From Spirochaetaceae bacterium (GTDB lineage Bacteria > Spirochaetota > Spirochaetia > DSM-2461), in assembly GCA_051531975.1 (NCBI GenBank), contig JAOPTT010000009.1, forward strand, positions 448,001-512,000: DNA of 64,000 bases, written 5' to 3'. Numbering within the stretch: the stretch's first letter is position 1; the number at the start of each line of letters is the position of its first letter. Made by a program: the position numbers and the translations under genes. The notes beneath the pieces are model-generated. The model was not told the origin of the DNA, made no database searches, and worked only from the letters and a program-made list of their open reading frames with translations. Positions 39,494 to 49,268 of the stretch are shown in pieces.

Positions 39494-39695
39494 CTTAAAA
39501 AAACGTTTGATTTGTTAACCCAATGTTAACTACTGTTATTAAGGACTCAAAACTCTCGGTATCTTATATTAAGAATTTAAGAACACTACTGGATCAGAAA
39601 GAACAAGAGATGGACAAATAATATGTTACAGTAACTGTTTCGTGACATGTTCTCACTTAGTATAAAATCTATATCATTAGAAGTAGTCAAAACTA
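39494..39695 (+). pseudogene. Possible decayed BlaI/MecI/CopY repressor C-terminus + BlaR1/M56 N-terminus
   Basis: LKKTFD[frameshift]VNPMLTTVIKDSKLSVSYIKNLRTLLDQKEQEMDK* (stop 39619-21), then ATG 39623 MLQ*LFRDMFSLSIKSISL. Confidence 0.4.
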
Positions 39696-39734
39696 GATTG
39701 TAGCTATATTATATATAGATTATAGGAGGTTTAA

Positions 39735-40139
39735 ATGGAATTAACTGAAGAGTTATTAGGACTACAACATATTGGTATACCTGTTACAGCATTAGATGAA
39801 TCAATTTCCTTTTATAAATCAATCGGATTTAAGGTAGATAAAAAGTACTCAATTGTTGTTGATAACGATCCAATTGAAGTTGCTTTTATTAAACTACACG
39901 ACTTAAATATAGAGTTATACCAGAAGCATGGTTTAACAACAGTAAAAACAAATGGAGCAATAGATCACTTAGCACTGAATTGCAAAGATATCGATAAGAT
40001 GTTTGAGTTTTGTAAAAAGGGTAATTATAGATTTGAGGAAGATAAAATATCAGAACTTCCCTTTTTTAAAAACGGAGTTAAATATTTTATTATACTTGGA
40101 CCAGATAATGAGAAGGTTGAGTTTAACCAATATTTGTAA
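39735..40139 (+). CDS. VOC (glyoxalase/bleomycin-resistance/dioxygenase) family protein
   Basis: LQHIGIPV, IELYQ, IDHLAL, GPDNEKVEFNQ; RBS AGGAGG. Confidence 0.9.
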   Translation: MELTEELLGLQHIGIPVTALDESISFYKSIGFKVDKKYSIVVDNDPIEVAFIKLHDLNIELYQKHGLTTVKTNGAIDHLALNCKDIDKMFEFCKKGNYRFEEDKISELPFFKNGVKYFIILGPDNEKVEFNQYL

Positions 40140-40244
40140 ATAGAAAGAACACTTTTATTTAGTATTTCATTAATTTTATTGAATTTGATATGGGTTAGTT
40201 TATTATTTAATTTATATAAGTTTTTAAAATTAAAGTAATACTAA

Positions 40245-41033
40245 TTGGGATCTATAATTTACTTATCTCATGGTGGAGGTCCATTACCACTTCTTGGTGA
40301 TCCATCCCATAAAACCATGATATCGTTTATGAAAGAATGCAAAACTGCTAAAAAACCAGATGCTGTTTTAGTTATAAGTGCCCACTGGGAAGAAGCTGTC
40401 CCAACAATAACTGGCAGTGCCAAACCATCGTTGTATTACGATTATTTTGGATTCCCTGGGGAGACATATAATCTGAACTATCCACTATCTAGTAGCCCTG
40501 AATTAGTTAAAAAAATAGAAATATTATTTAATACTCACAATATGGATCTTGTTATAGATAAAAAAAGAGGTTTTGACCATGGAGTTTTTGTTCCTATGAT
40601 CTTGATCTATCCAGAAGCCGACGTTCCAGTGGTTGAGATCTCACTAATTCAAGGTTTAGATCCAAAAGTTCATATCGAATTAGGTAAAATATTAACTTCT
40701 CTAAAAGATGAAAATATACTAATTATTGGTTCTGGGGCATCATTCCATAATATGAGTGGGTTTAATTCTGATGTTGAAACCACTGTAGATATTAAAAACG
40801 ATGAGTTTCAAGAGTGGATAATAGAGACCTGTACAACTAATCTTTTATCATCAGAAATTGAAAACAGACTTATACATTGGGAGGTCGCTCCAGGTGCGCG
40901 GTATTGTCACCATAGAGAAGAGCATCTACTACCTCTACATGTTTGTTATGGTATTGCAGAAGATAAAGGTATTAAAGTATTTGATGATTTTATATTAGGA
41001 AAACGAGCAGTAGCCATTAGGTGGGATTTTTAA
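40245..41033 (+). CDS. Class III extradiol dioxygenase (LigB/DODA/YgiD-like)
   Basis: YLSHGGGP, VISAHW, RGFDHG, IGSGASFHN, HHREEHLLPL. Confidence 0.9.
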   Translation: MGSIIYLSHGGGPLPLLGDPSHKTMISFMKECKTAKKPDAVLVISAHWEEAVPTITGSAKPSLYYDYFGFPGETYNLNYPLSSSPELVKKIEILFNTHNMDLVIDKKRGFDHGVFVPMILIYPEADVPVVEISLIQGLDPKVHIELGKILTSLKDENILIIGSGASFHNMSGFNSDVETTVDIKNDEFQEWIIETCTTNLLSSEIENRLIHWEVAPGARYCHHREEHLLPLHVCYGIAEDKGIKVFDDFILGKRAVAIRWDF

Positions 41034-41047
41034 AAGAGGGGATTAAA

Positions 41048-42583
41048 ATGGATAAAACAGTAATTGCAGATAATAAACCGGCAAAGATCTTTTTAAAAAA
41101 AGGGCAGGAGTATCATTTTTGTACATGTGGTCGCTCTAAATCACAACCATCATGTGATGGTTCCCATGTTGGTACAGATTTTTCTCCTAAAGTTATAGTT
41201 CCAAAAGAAGATGGTGATAACTACCTCTGTGTATGTAAACAGAGTAATAATCTACCATTTTGTGATGGCACTCATGTTAATATCCCTGATGATAAAATTG
41301 GATCAGAGGGTGCTGAACTATCCCATGGTAGACCAGACTCTCCACTACCTAGGGCAACAAAAGAAGAACCCCATGTGGAAGAGATTCATAGACTAGCAAA
41401 AGAGGGTCTAGCTGGTATTGGGCATCATGGTTTTATGGCATCTATGGGTGTACCTAGGGAGCAACTTCCTAAATGGGATAATATTCAGATATTAACTGCC
41501 CAATTTGCAAAAAAACCACTATTAGAAGATGTTGATATAAATACAGAACTTGTTATTGGCCCAATGGCTAAAAAACCTTTGATAATGAAGATACCAATAT
41601 TTGTATCTGATATGAGTTTTGGTGCCCTGTCGGAAGAAGCTAAAATAGCACTATCTAAAGGAGCTAATTTGTCTGGAACTGGGATCTGCTCCGGGGAAGG
41701 TGGAATGTTACCTGAGGAGAAAAATGAGAACTCTAGGTATCTATACGAATATGCAAGTGGTAAATTTGGTTATAACGAAAACATAATAAAAGATGTTCAG
41801 GCGTTCCATTTTAAAGGTGGTCAAGGAGCTAAAACAGGTACTGGAGGGCATCTTCCTGGAAATAAAAATAGAGGGAAAATTTCTGAAGTGAGAGGAATAC
41901 CTGAAGGTCTGCCTGCTATATCTCCACCAACATTTAAAGATCTAAGCAGTGTAAAAGATTTTGCAGACTTTTCTGAGAATATTAGAAAAATTACCGGTGG
42001 CATTCCCATTGGTTTTAAAATGAGTGCTAACCATATAGAAGAGGACATGGCATTTGCAATAGATGCAGGGGCTGACTATATCATTTTAGATGGTAGAGGT
42101 GGAGGCACTGGAGCTGCCCCGGAAATATTTAGAGATAATATCTCAGTACCTACAATTCCTGCACTATCAAGAGCAAGAAACTACCTTGATAAAACGGGAA
42201 ACAGTGGTAAGATAACCCTGATTATTACTGGTGGTTTGCGTATTCCAATGGATTTTGTTAAAGCTATGGCTTTAGGAGCAGACGGTATTGCAGTTTCCAA
42301 CAGTGCAATGCAGGCAATAGGCTGTGTTGGGGCAAGAATTTGTAACTCTAATAACTGCCCAGCAGGTATAGCAACTCAGAATCCAGAATTAAGAAAACGG
42401 TTAGATATAAATAGTTCAGCAAATAACCTAAGTCAATTTTTTAACTCAAGTACAGAACTCATGAAGATTATGGCTAGAGCCTGCGGTCACAATAACCTGC
42501 AAGATTTCTCCAACTATGATCTAACTACATGGGATAAACAAATGAGTGTATTAACTGGTATTCCATTTGGGGGTATTCATTAA
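41048..42583 (+). CDS. FMN-binding glutamate-synthase-family protein with two N-terminal CDGSH [2Fe-2S] domains
   Basis: CTCGRSKSQPSCDGSH and CVCKQSNNLPFCDGTH; MSFGALS, GQGAKTGTGGHLP, DGRGGGTGA, CX5CX4C 3Fe-4S motif. Confidence 0.9.
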   Translation: MDKTVIADNKPAKIFLKKGQEYHFCTCGRSKSQPSCDGSHVGTDFSPKVIVPKEDGDNYLCVCKQSNNLPFCDGTHVNIPDDKIGSEGAELSHGRPDSPLPRATKEEPHVEEIHRLAKEGLAGIGHHGFMASMGVPREQLPKWDNIQILTAQFAKKPLLEDVDINTELVIGPMAKKPLIMKIPIFVSDMSFGALSEEAKIALSKGANLSGTGICSGEGGMLPEEKNENSRYLYEYASGKFGYNENIIKDVQAFHFKGGQGAKTGTGGHLPGNKNRGKISEVRGIPEGLPAISPPTFKDLSSVKDFADFSENIRKITGGIPIGFKMSANHIEEDMAFAIDAGADYIILDGRGGGTGAAPEIFRDNISVPTIPALSRARNYLDKTGNSGKITLIITGGLRIPMDFVKAMALGADGIAVSNSAMQAIGCVGARICNSNNCPAGIATQNPELRKRLDINSSANNLSQFFNSSTELMKIMARACGHNNLQDFSNYDLTTWDKQMSVLTGIPFGGIH

Positions 42584-42954
42584 AAAACATAGATAATAAG
42601 TTTATTTGGGATTTAATAGGAATCATAACTATATCTAATCGATAATACCGCTTAATTATTAGTATAATGAGCTTATATTCAGCACAAAACGTAAACACAT
42701 AGTAGTTTCCTTGCTTAATAAATGCAAAAGGAGTAGTGTGAATTCATAATTAGTATTTAAAAATAATTTCAAAACACATTTCTTTTCAAAAAAATTATTA
42801 ATAATGGGATTTTGCCATTACATTTATCATATCAATTCTTTATCAGTACTAGTAATGAGCAGTTAATAACTAACAGCATTTATATTAAGAAATTACATCA
42901 GGAATTCAGATCAGTAATATACATTTATAGAGTATTACTTAGGAGATAAGTATT

Positions 42955-44061
42955 ATGATTAAAGCAATAGCATACTGTGAAAAACAGTTTGGTAAGATGG
43001 ATGGAAAAGTAACAAATGGATTAGTTCGATACTCAGAGAAATATGAAATAGTAGGTGTTATAGATAGTACTAAAATTGGAATGGACGCAGGTGAATATTT
43101 AGATGGAATAAAAAATGGGATACCAGTATTTGAGAGTTTAAATAGTGCTTTAGATCAATTAGATTCGACACCAGAATGTTTTATATATGGGATAGCTCCC
43201 CTGGAAGCATTTTTAGATACAGAGCAGCGTAAAATTATAGTTAGTGCTATAGAAAAAAACTTAGATATTGTGAACGGTCTACATGAATTCTTTACTGAAG
43301 ATGAAGAATTTTCAATAAAAGCAAAAGAGCATAATGTTAAAATGTATGATATTAGAAAACCTCCAGCAAAAAAGGATTTACACCTGTTTACTGGCCGTAT
43401 TCTTAGTGTGAAAACACCAACAGTTGCAGTATTAGGTACTGATGGTGCTGTAGGAAAAAGAACCACATCGGTGCTGCTTGTAGCCGCATTAAAAAAGGCA
43501 GGACTTAACGTTGTATTTATCGCCACAGGACAAACTGGATTAATCCAAGGTGCAAAGTATGGTGTAGCAATAGACGCAATTGTTGAAGAGTATATGACTG
43601 GGGAAATTGAGAATGCAGTTATGTTAGCCCACGATAACGATAATCCAGATATTATTATTGTTGAAGGTCAGGGAGCAATAAGCCATCCTGCATATTTAAG
43701 TTCTTGTGCAATTGTACGTGGTGCAGCTCCAGGAGCTATAATTGTACAACATCCTCCTAAAAGAACACATGTTGGGGACTATCCTTTTATGCCAATGCCA
43801 ACATTAGAAAGCGAAATAAATCTAATAGAGGTCTTTTCAAAATCTAAAGTTGTTGCAATTACAATAAATCATGAAGACATGACAGACTTAGAAGTAGATA
43901 ATATAGTTACAGAATATGAAGAAACATATAAACTTCCAACTACTGATGCCTTAAAACACGGCTGTGACAAACTTGTAAAACAAATATTCAATGTATTTCC
44001 AAATCTATCTAAAGAAACTGACTTAATAGAGGATGAAAGAAAAGTTCTACAATCTGTATGA
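42955..44061 (+). CDS. DUF1611-domain protein (DgcN-like)
   Basis: DIVNGLH, GTDGAVGKRTT, FIATGQTG, IIVEGQG. Confidence 0.85.
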   Translation: MIKAIAYCEKQFGKMDGKVTNGLVRYSEKYEIVGVIDSTKIGMDAGEYLDGIKNGIPVFESLNSALDQLDSTPECFIYGIAPLEAFLDTEQRKIIVSAIEKNLDIVNGLHEFFTEDEEFSIKAKEHNVKMYDIRKPPAKKDLHLFTGRILSVKTPTVAVLGTDGAVGKRTTSVLLVAALKKAGLNVVFIATGQTGLIQGAKYGVAIDAIVEEYMTGEIENAVMLAHDNDNPDIIIVEGQGAISHPAYLSSCAIVRGAAPGAIIVQHPPKRTHVGDYPFMPMPTLESEINLIEVFSKSKVVAITINHEDMTDLEVDNIVTEYEETYKLPTTDALKHGCDKLVKQIFNVFPNLSKETDLIEDERKVLQSV

Positions 44062-45134
44062 CAGATGGTTTGACTACCCCTAGAATCGATATAGATTTAA
44101 AAAAAATTATACACAATGCAAAAGTGCTTAAAAAATTATATAAGTCGAAAGATATTGATATATTAGGGGTCACTAAAATGGTTTGCGGTGATCCCATAAT
44201 AGCGAATGCATTATTAGAAAGTGAGATAAACATCTTAGCTGATTCTAGAATTTCTAATATTCGTAAAATGCGAAATGGTGGAGTTAAGGCTCAATTTTTA
44301 CTACTTAGAACACCATTACCTAGTCAAATTAATGATGTTGTAAAATATAGTGATATTAGCCTTAATTCTGAAATCTCAGTTTTAGAATCACTGTCTCGCT
44401 CTGCTCTATTACATAATGTGATACATAAAGTAATTTTAATGGTTGAATTAGGTGATTTAAGAGAAGGTATAATGCCTGATGACTTAGAATTTGCCGTGGA
44501 ATCAACTTTAGAAATGGCTGGAATTGAACTAATTGGCTTAGGTGCAAATCTAGCTTGTCATGGTGGAATAAGACCTGACGATAATAACATGAATAAACTT
44601 TCTGATATGGTATTAAATATTGAAAATAAGTTTGGACTTTCATTACAGGTTGTATCTGGTGGAAACTCCGCTAATTATAATTGGTTTATTAATACAAATG
44701 AAGTTGGGACAATAAATAACCTAAGACTTGGTGAATCTATATATTTAGGTCTAGAAACATTGGACCGACAAAACATCCCAGGTCTTTTTTACGATGCGTT
44801 TACTTTAGTTGCCGAAGTTATAGAACTAAAAACAAAACCATCCCTTCCATATGGTGAAGTTGGCCAGGATGCATTTGGAAATATTCCTAAGTTTGAAGAC
44901 CATGGTGATATGAAACGAGCTATATTAGGTGTTGGATTGCAGGATATAAAAGTCAGCGGTATAACTCCTAAAACCGATATCGATATAATCGGAATGAGTA
45001 GTGATCATATTATAATAAATACAAAAAACACAGATATACAGATGGGACAAGAAGTTGAATTTGGCTTTGATTATGGCTCTCTATTATCAGCAATGACATC
45101 TCCATATGTAATTAAAAACTATATAAATAAGTAG
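44058..45134 (+). CDS. PLP-dependent alanine/ornithine racemase-family enzyme
   Basis: GVTK (PLP Lys), LADSRISN, ELGDLREG, SGGNS, LRLGE, SSDH; ATGA overlap with the DUF1611 gene. Confidence 0.9.
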   Translation: MTDGLTTPRIDIDLKKIIHNAKVLKKLYKSKDIDILGVTKMVCGDPIIANALLESEINILADSRISNIRKMRNGGVKAQFLLLRTPLPSQINDVVKYSDISLNSEISVLESLSRSALLHNVIHKVILMVELGDLREGIMPDDLEFAVESTLEMAGIELIGLGANLACHGGIRPDDNNMNKLSDMVLNIENKFGLSLQVVSGGNSANYNWFINTNEVGTINNLRLGESIYLGLETLDRQNIPGLFYDAFTLVAEVIELKTKPSLPYGEVGQDAFGNIPKFEDHGDMKRAILGVGLQDIKVSGITPKTDIDIIGMSSDHIIINTKNTDIQMGQEVEFGFDYGSLLSAMTSPYVIKNYINK

Positions 45135-45198
45135 ATCCGTTTATTCTTTAAGTGTTAAATTAAAGTTGAATAAAAATTATTTTGAAACTAGAGGTCCT

Positions 45199-45600
45199 AT
45201 GTTTAAAATCCACCATATTTGTATACAGACTAATAATTATAGAGAATCATTAAACTTCTACACAGAAGTATTAGGTTTTAAAATAATAGAAGAGACGACA
45301 AACTTTCATGGAAGAGAGTATAATACTTGGTTAGAATTAAATAGCTTTAAAATTGAACTTCAAACAGGGAAGGGTAGTTTGATCCTGGATGTTATGAAAA
45401 AGGAATCTGAAGGTATTGTACACTTTTGTCTATTTTCATCTGAGTTTATTAAAGATTATAAAAACTTAAAGAAAAACGAATTAACTATCTTTATTAAAAA
45501 AAATGGTTCTGATATTTACGATGTAAATGGTAAACAGCTATTTAAGATAGCTGCACCGGAGGGAACCATTGTAGAAGTTAGGGATACCTTAGAGTTATAA
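45199..45600 (+). CDS. VOC family protein
   Basis: IHHICIQT, IELQT, GIVHFC, APEGTIVEVRD; ATG 45199 after GAGG. Confidence 0.88.
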   Translation: MFKIHHICIQTNNYRESLNFYTEVLGFKIIEETTNFHGREYNTWLELNSFKIELQTGKGSLILDVMKKESEGIVHFCLFSSEFIKDYKNLKKNELTIFIKKNGSDIYDVNGKQLFKIAAPEGTIVEVRDTLEL

Positions 45601-45732
45601 CTTTAATCCAATATTCTTCACAACCTCTAACTCTCTTCAGGAATATGTTGAAATGTATCTAGGTGGTCGAATGATTTCAAAAAATAAATATTAATACACT
45701 AAAAAGTTTATCTATCCGTCATTATTAGTGAG

Positions 45733-46284
45733 ATGTATAAAATGAACGAAAAAAATAAAACAGAAAACAGAGAACTCCAGGATACCTACAACAGTGAAAA
45801 GAAAAGACTTGAAGGTAAAGTTTTAAGGTTAGGAAGAACCTTAGAGGAAGCTGAAGATTTTGTTCACGACATTTTTACTGAGATAATGGACCGTTTTCCA
45901 ATAGTTTCTGAAATTAAAAATCTACCAGCCCTAGTTAATTGGCTATTTAAAAGACGACTAATTGATAAATGGAGACATGATCAAGTAAAAGAAGCTGCTG
46001 GGGAGGTTAATATCCCAGAAACTATTCTACACGAAATTATAAATGCAGCACAATTAAATCCTTTAGACGAATTTGTACAAGACTGCTTAATGGATACATT
46101 AAACGAAGCCATAGATTGCCTGCCTATAAAACAAAAAGTAGTAATAGAAGGCCAAGTTTACGAAGGTTTAACATTCAAAGAGATATCAGAAATCACTGGG
46201 GAGAGTATAAATACATTAATGGCAAGGAAGAGATATGCAATTAAGAACCTTTCTAATGCCTTAAAAAGCTGGATTAAGGTTTAA
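45733..46284 (+). CDS. ECF-type RNA polymerase sigma factor
   Basis: EAEDFVHDIF (region 2); LPIKQKVVI...GLTFKEISEITGESINTLMARKRYA (region 4). Confidence 0.88.
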   Translation: MYKMNEKNKTENRELQDTYNSEKKRLEGKVLRLGRTLEEAEDFVHDIFTEIMDRFPIVSEIKNLPALVNWLFKRRLIDKWRHDQVKEAAGEVNIPETILHEIINAAQLNPLDEFVQDCLMDTLNEAIDCLPIKQKVVIEGQVYEGLTFKEISEITGESINTLMARKRYAIKNLSNALKSWIKV

Positions 46285-46310
46285 ATAATAAAACAAACAT
46301 TAAGGAGAAT

Positions 46311-46685
46311 ATGATGTTTAAAAAAAGTAGAGATGAAGAAGGATTTGATTTTGAGTACTGGTGGAGTGGAAGAACAATAATATTAAAAGTTATTATAGTT
46401 ATTGGATTTATAATACTTGGGATCTCATTATTAGCAGGTTTTGGTTTAGTAGTTATGTTATTATGGAATTGGTTAGTTCCAGAAATATTTGGTTTAAAAC
46501 AGCTAAGCTTTTTAGAAGCCTGGGGTCTATTTATACTGTGTTCAATTTTATTTAAAGGTGTAAAGTTTGGAGACGAAGGTAGTAGAAAAGAGAGAAAAAG
46601 AAAAAAACAACTAAGAACATATTTAAATAGAGATGAATCTTCTGAAAATCTTGTAGCAGAATCTGAAACATTAGAAAATGAGTAA
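46311..46685 (+). CDS. Small membrane protein coupled to the ECF sigma factor
   Basis: TM helices with MLLWNWLVPEIFGLKQLSFLEAWGLFILCSILF; RBS AAGGAG. Confidence 0.75.
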   Translation: MMFKKSRDEEGFDFEYWWSGRTIILKVIIVIGFIILGISLLAGFGLVVMLLWNWLVPEIFGLKQLSFLEAWGLFILCSILFKGVKFGDEGSRKERKRKKQLRTYLNRDESSENLVAESETLENE

Positions 46686-46731
46686 TAATCTATATCGATG
46701 ATACTAATACATTTATTATAAAGGAGCTAAG

Positions 46732-47298
46732 ATGGAAAAAAAGTTTAACCCAAAAAAATTAGAGAAGTTAAATAACCCTAAGCGTTTAGAAATAATTCCA
46801 CCAGATTATATATGGGAAAAGTTAAACCTCTCTGAATGTAAAACAGTAGTAGATATAGGGGCAGGAACAGGTCTGTTTAGTAAAGAATTTTCACGTTTAA
46901 TGGAGAATGGAACTGTCCATGCTTTAGATATATCAGATGTCATGATTACCTGGATGTTGGAGAATGTAGTTAATGATTATAAAGGTATAATCCCTAAAAT
47001 AATGCCAGAATCCAAAATACCTTTAGATGATCAAAGCTCAGATTTGACAATAATGATTACTTTGCACCATGAGTTAGAGGAACCCGAAACTCTGTTATTA
47101 GAAGCTTTACGGGTTCTAAAGAAGGGTGGCAAAGTCTGTATCATAGACTGGAAAAAAGAGGATATGCCCTTGGGACCACCATTAGAGATTAGGTGTAGTA
47201 CTGAACAAATAATTAGTCAGTTAAAGTCTGTTGGTTTTAATAATATAAAAACTGATTCCTCCTTAGATATGTTTAATATCGTTTGGGCAATTAAATAA
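46732..47298 (+). CDS. Class I SAM-dependent methyltransferase
   Basis: VVDIGAGTG motif I, LHHELE, LKKGGKVCIIDW. Confidence 0.9.
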   Translation: MEKKFNPKKLEKLNNPKRLEIIPPDYIWEKLNLSECKTVVDIGAGTGLFSKEFSRLMENGTVHALDISDVMITWMLENVVNDYKGIIPKIMPESKIPLDDQSSDLTIMITLHHELEEPETLLLEALRVLKKGGKVCIIDWKKEDMPLGPPLEIRCSTEQIISQLKSVGFNNIKTDSSLDMFNIVWAIK

Positions 47299-47354
47299 AC
47301 TATATGTAATTCATACAAATATGCATTTGTATGAATTTATATTTACATAAAAAA

Positions 47355-47390
47355 TTGACATGTTCTGAATGTTTATATAGTATTTTTCAT
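47355..47390 (+). promoter_or_regulatory. sigma70 promoter predicted to give a leaderless MCP transcript
   Basis: TTGACA-N17-TAGTAT-N7-ATG(47391); no SD. Confidence 0.65.
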
Positions 47391-49190
47391 ATGAAGAACT
47401 TAAAGATAACATCTAAGACAAAAATTCTAATATTAGCAGCTTTATTAGGTATGTCAATTATCAATGTAACCTCCTTTGTTTATACAAACAAAATAAAAGT
47501 AAAAGGTGACTTATACAATGAGATATCAGTTAATAACTCCCTTATTTCTAGTATCCAAACCCCTACATCTTATATTGTGGAGTCCTATCTTGCAGCATAT
47601 GAGATTTATACATTTAGTGCTAATGGTGCGATTCAACCCTATCTTATTAAAATAAAAAAGTTAGAAGAGACATACTATAAACAAAATGACTATTGGTTAA
47701 AAGTTCTTCCTGAAGGTGATATTAAACAAAACCTAACTAAATATGCGTTTAAATCTGCTGATAAGTTTTATACTGTTATTAATACAGAGTTTCTTCCTGC
47801 AATAAAAAAAGGGGACCTGGAAGCTGCAAAAATTATACTAAATCAGACATTAACCCCAATATTTAAAGAACATAAAACATATGTGGATCGTATAATAAAA
47901 CTCGCAAATGAAGTTAATGTGGAATTAGAAGACAAAACTACAACATTCCTTAAGTTCTTTCTAATTGTAATGATTGTTATTCCAGCCATATTTTATATTT
48001 TCATTATCTTTTTAGGTACAATAATAAACTCTCACATTGGTAAATCCATGAAAATAGTACTTCTAGGGTTCAAAAAATCTTCTACTGGAGATTTAACTGA
48101 CAGGGTTAGTGGTTTAAACAGAGATGAGATTGGGACAATAGGTAATTATCTCAATATCATGTTAGATAATATGAGTAAAATAGTTAAAGATGTAAAAATA
48201 AGATCAGAAAACCTCCTGAAAGTTGGAGATGAATTACATATTAATACTAATAAAACATCTGATTCTATAAATGATATTAACAGTAACATAAAAGATATTA
48301 ATGAACAGATAAACAGACAAGCATCAGGTGTAATAGAGACTCAGGATGTTGTTAACGATATTGCAAAAAAAATAGAAGAGTTAAATTACGAAATTGAGAA
48401 TCAGTCTGCAAGTGTTGTTCAATCCTCATCCTCTGTGGAGGAAATGGTTGCTAATATTAATTCTGTAAATGTAGCATTAAATACAAATTCTGAGTCGGTT
48501 AAACAACTTCAATTAGCATCTGATGATGGAAGAACTGGAATGAATGAAGTAACTGATCATATAAAAGCTATAAGTGAAGAATCTTCAGTATTAATAGAAG
48601 CTACTACAATTATAAAAAATATTGCTAGCCAAACTAACTTGCTTGCAATGAATGCTGCTATAGAAGCGGCTCATGCAGGTGAAGCTGGAAAAGGTTTTGC
48701 CGTTGTTGCCGATGAAATAAGAAAGTTAGCGGAAGATTCAAATTCTCAGGTTGATGCTATAAATAAAATATTAGAAAATTTCAGAAAATCAATAATTAGT
48801 GTTACTGAATATACAGATACTACTCAAGAACAATTTAATGATATTTATGATCTATCTTCAGTAGTTAACGACCAAGAGAATCTAATTAAGAATGCAATGG
48901 AAGAGCAGAGCGCTGGTGGGGCTGAGATACTATTAGCGATGTCTGAAATAAGTAATATTACTCAAAATGTTAAATCTTTTTCATCGGCTATAATGGAAAG
49001 TAGTTTAGAAGTTATGAAAGAAATGTCTCTTTTTAATAATATAACTAATCAAATTAAGGATAAGGTAATACAAATTTCTAGTAGCTCAAGTTCGATAGTT
49101 GAAAACTCAGATGGAAACAAAACATTGAGTAAAAAAAATCATGAGAATGTTAAAATATTATTAGATGAGATAACAACTTTTAAGATATAA
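47391..49190 (+). CDS. Methyl-accepting chemotaxis protein
   Basis: 2 TM, HAMP (GDLT...DEIG), [35 protein letters not shown]. Confidence 0.95.
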   Translation: MKNLKITSKTKILILAALLGMSIINVTSFVYTNKIKVKGDLYNEISVNNSLISSIQTPTSYIVESYLAAYEIYTFSANGAIQPYLIKIKKLEETYYKQNDYWLKVLPEGDIKQNLTKYAFKSADKFYTVINTEFLPAIKKGDLEAAKIILNQTLTPIFKEHKTYVDRIIKLANEVNVELEDKTTTFLKFFLIVMIVIPAIFYIFIIFLGTIINSHIGKSMKIVLLGFKKSSTGDLTDRVSGLNRDEIGTIGNYLNIMLDNMSKIVKDVKIRSENLLKVGDELHINTNKTSDSINDINSNIKDINEQINRQASGVIETQDVVNDIAKKIEELNYEIENQSASVVQSSSSVEEMVANINSVNVALNTNSESVKQLQLASDDGRTGMNEVTDHIKAISEESSVLIEATTIIKNIASQTNLLAMNAAIEAAHAGEAGKGFAVVADEIRKLAEDSNSQVDAINKILENFRKSIISVTEYTDTTQEQFNDIYDLSSVVNDQENLIKNAMEEQSAGGAEILLAMSEISNITQNVKSFSSAIMESSLEVMKEMSLFNNITNQIKDKVIQISSSSSSIVENSDGNKTLSKKNHENVKILLDEITTFKI

Positions 49191-49193
49191 TCA

Positions 49194-49225
49194 GTAAACC
49201 CGTGGATCTTGTTCACGGGTTTTAC
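49194..49225. terminator. Bidirectional intrinsic terminator between convergent MCP genes
   Basis: AAACCCGTGGA-TCTTG-TTCACGGGTTT stem with A/T tails on both sides. Confidence 0.75.
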
Positions 49226-49268
49226 ATCTTCTCTTCAACTACCGGTGGTTCTAAATGGCTGGTATATA

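Noticed and set aside
39434..39734. c-di-AMP (ydaO) or other riboswitch upstream of the osmoprotectant operon
   Set aside because: No conserved riboswitch core was recognised; the region is better explained by AT-rich promoter DNA and a gene remnant.
42620..42690. Fluoride riboswitch-like words (ACCGC...TAATGA)
   Set aside because: The GATGG 5' element and pseudoknot pairing are missing, and the downstream genes are unrelated to fluoride.
49194..49266. IS200/IS605 end or REP element between the MCP genes
   Set aside because: Single copy in the window, no transposase nearby; the position fits a bidirectional terminator.
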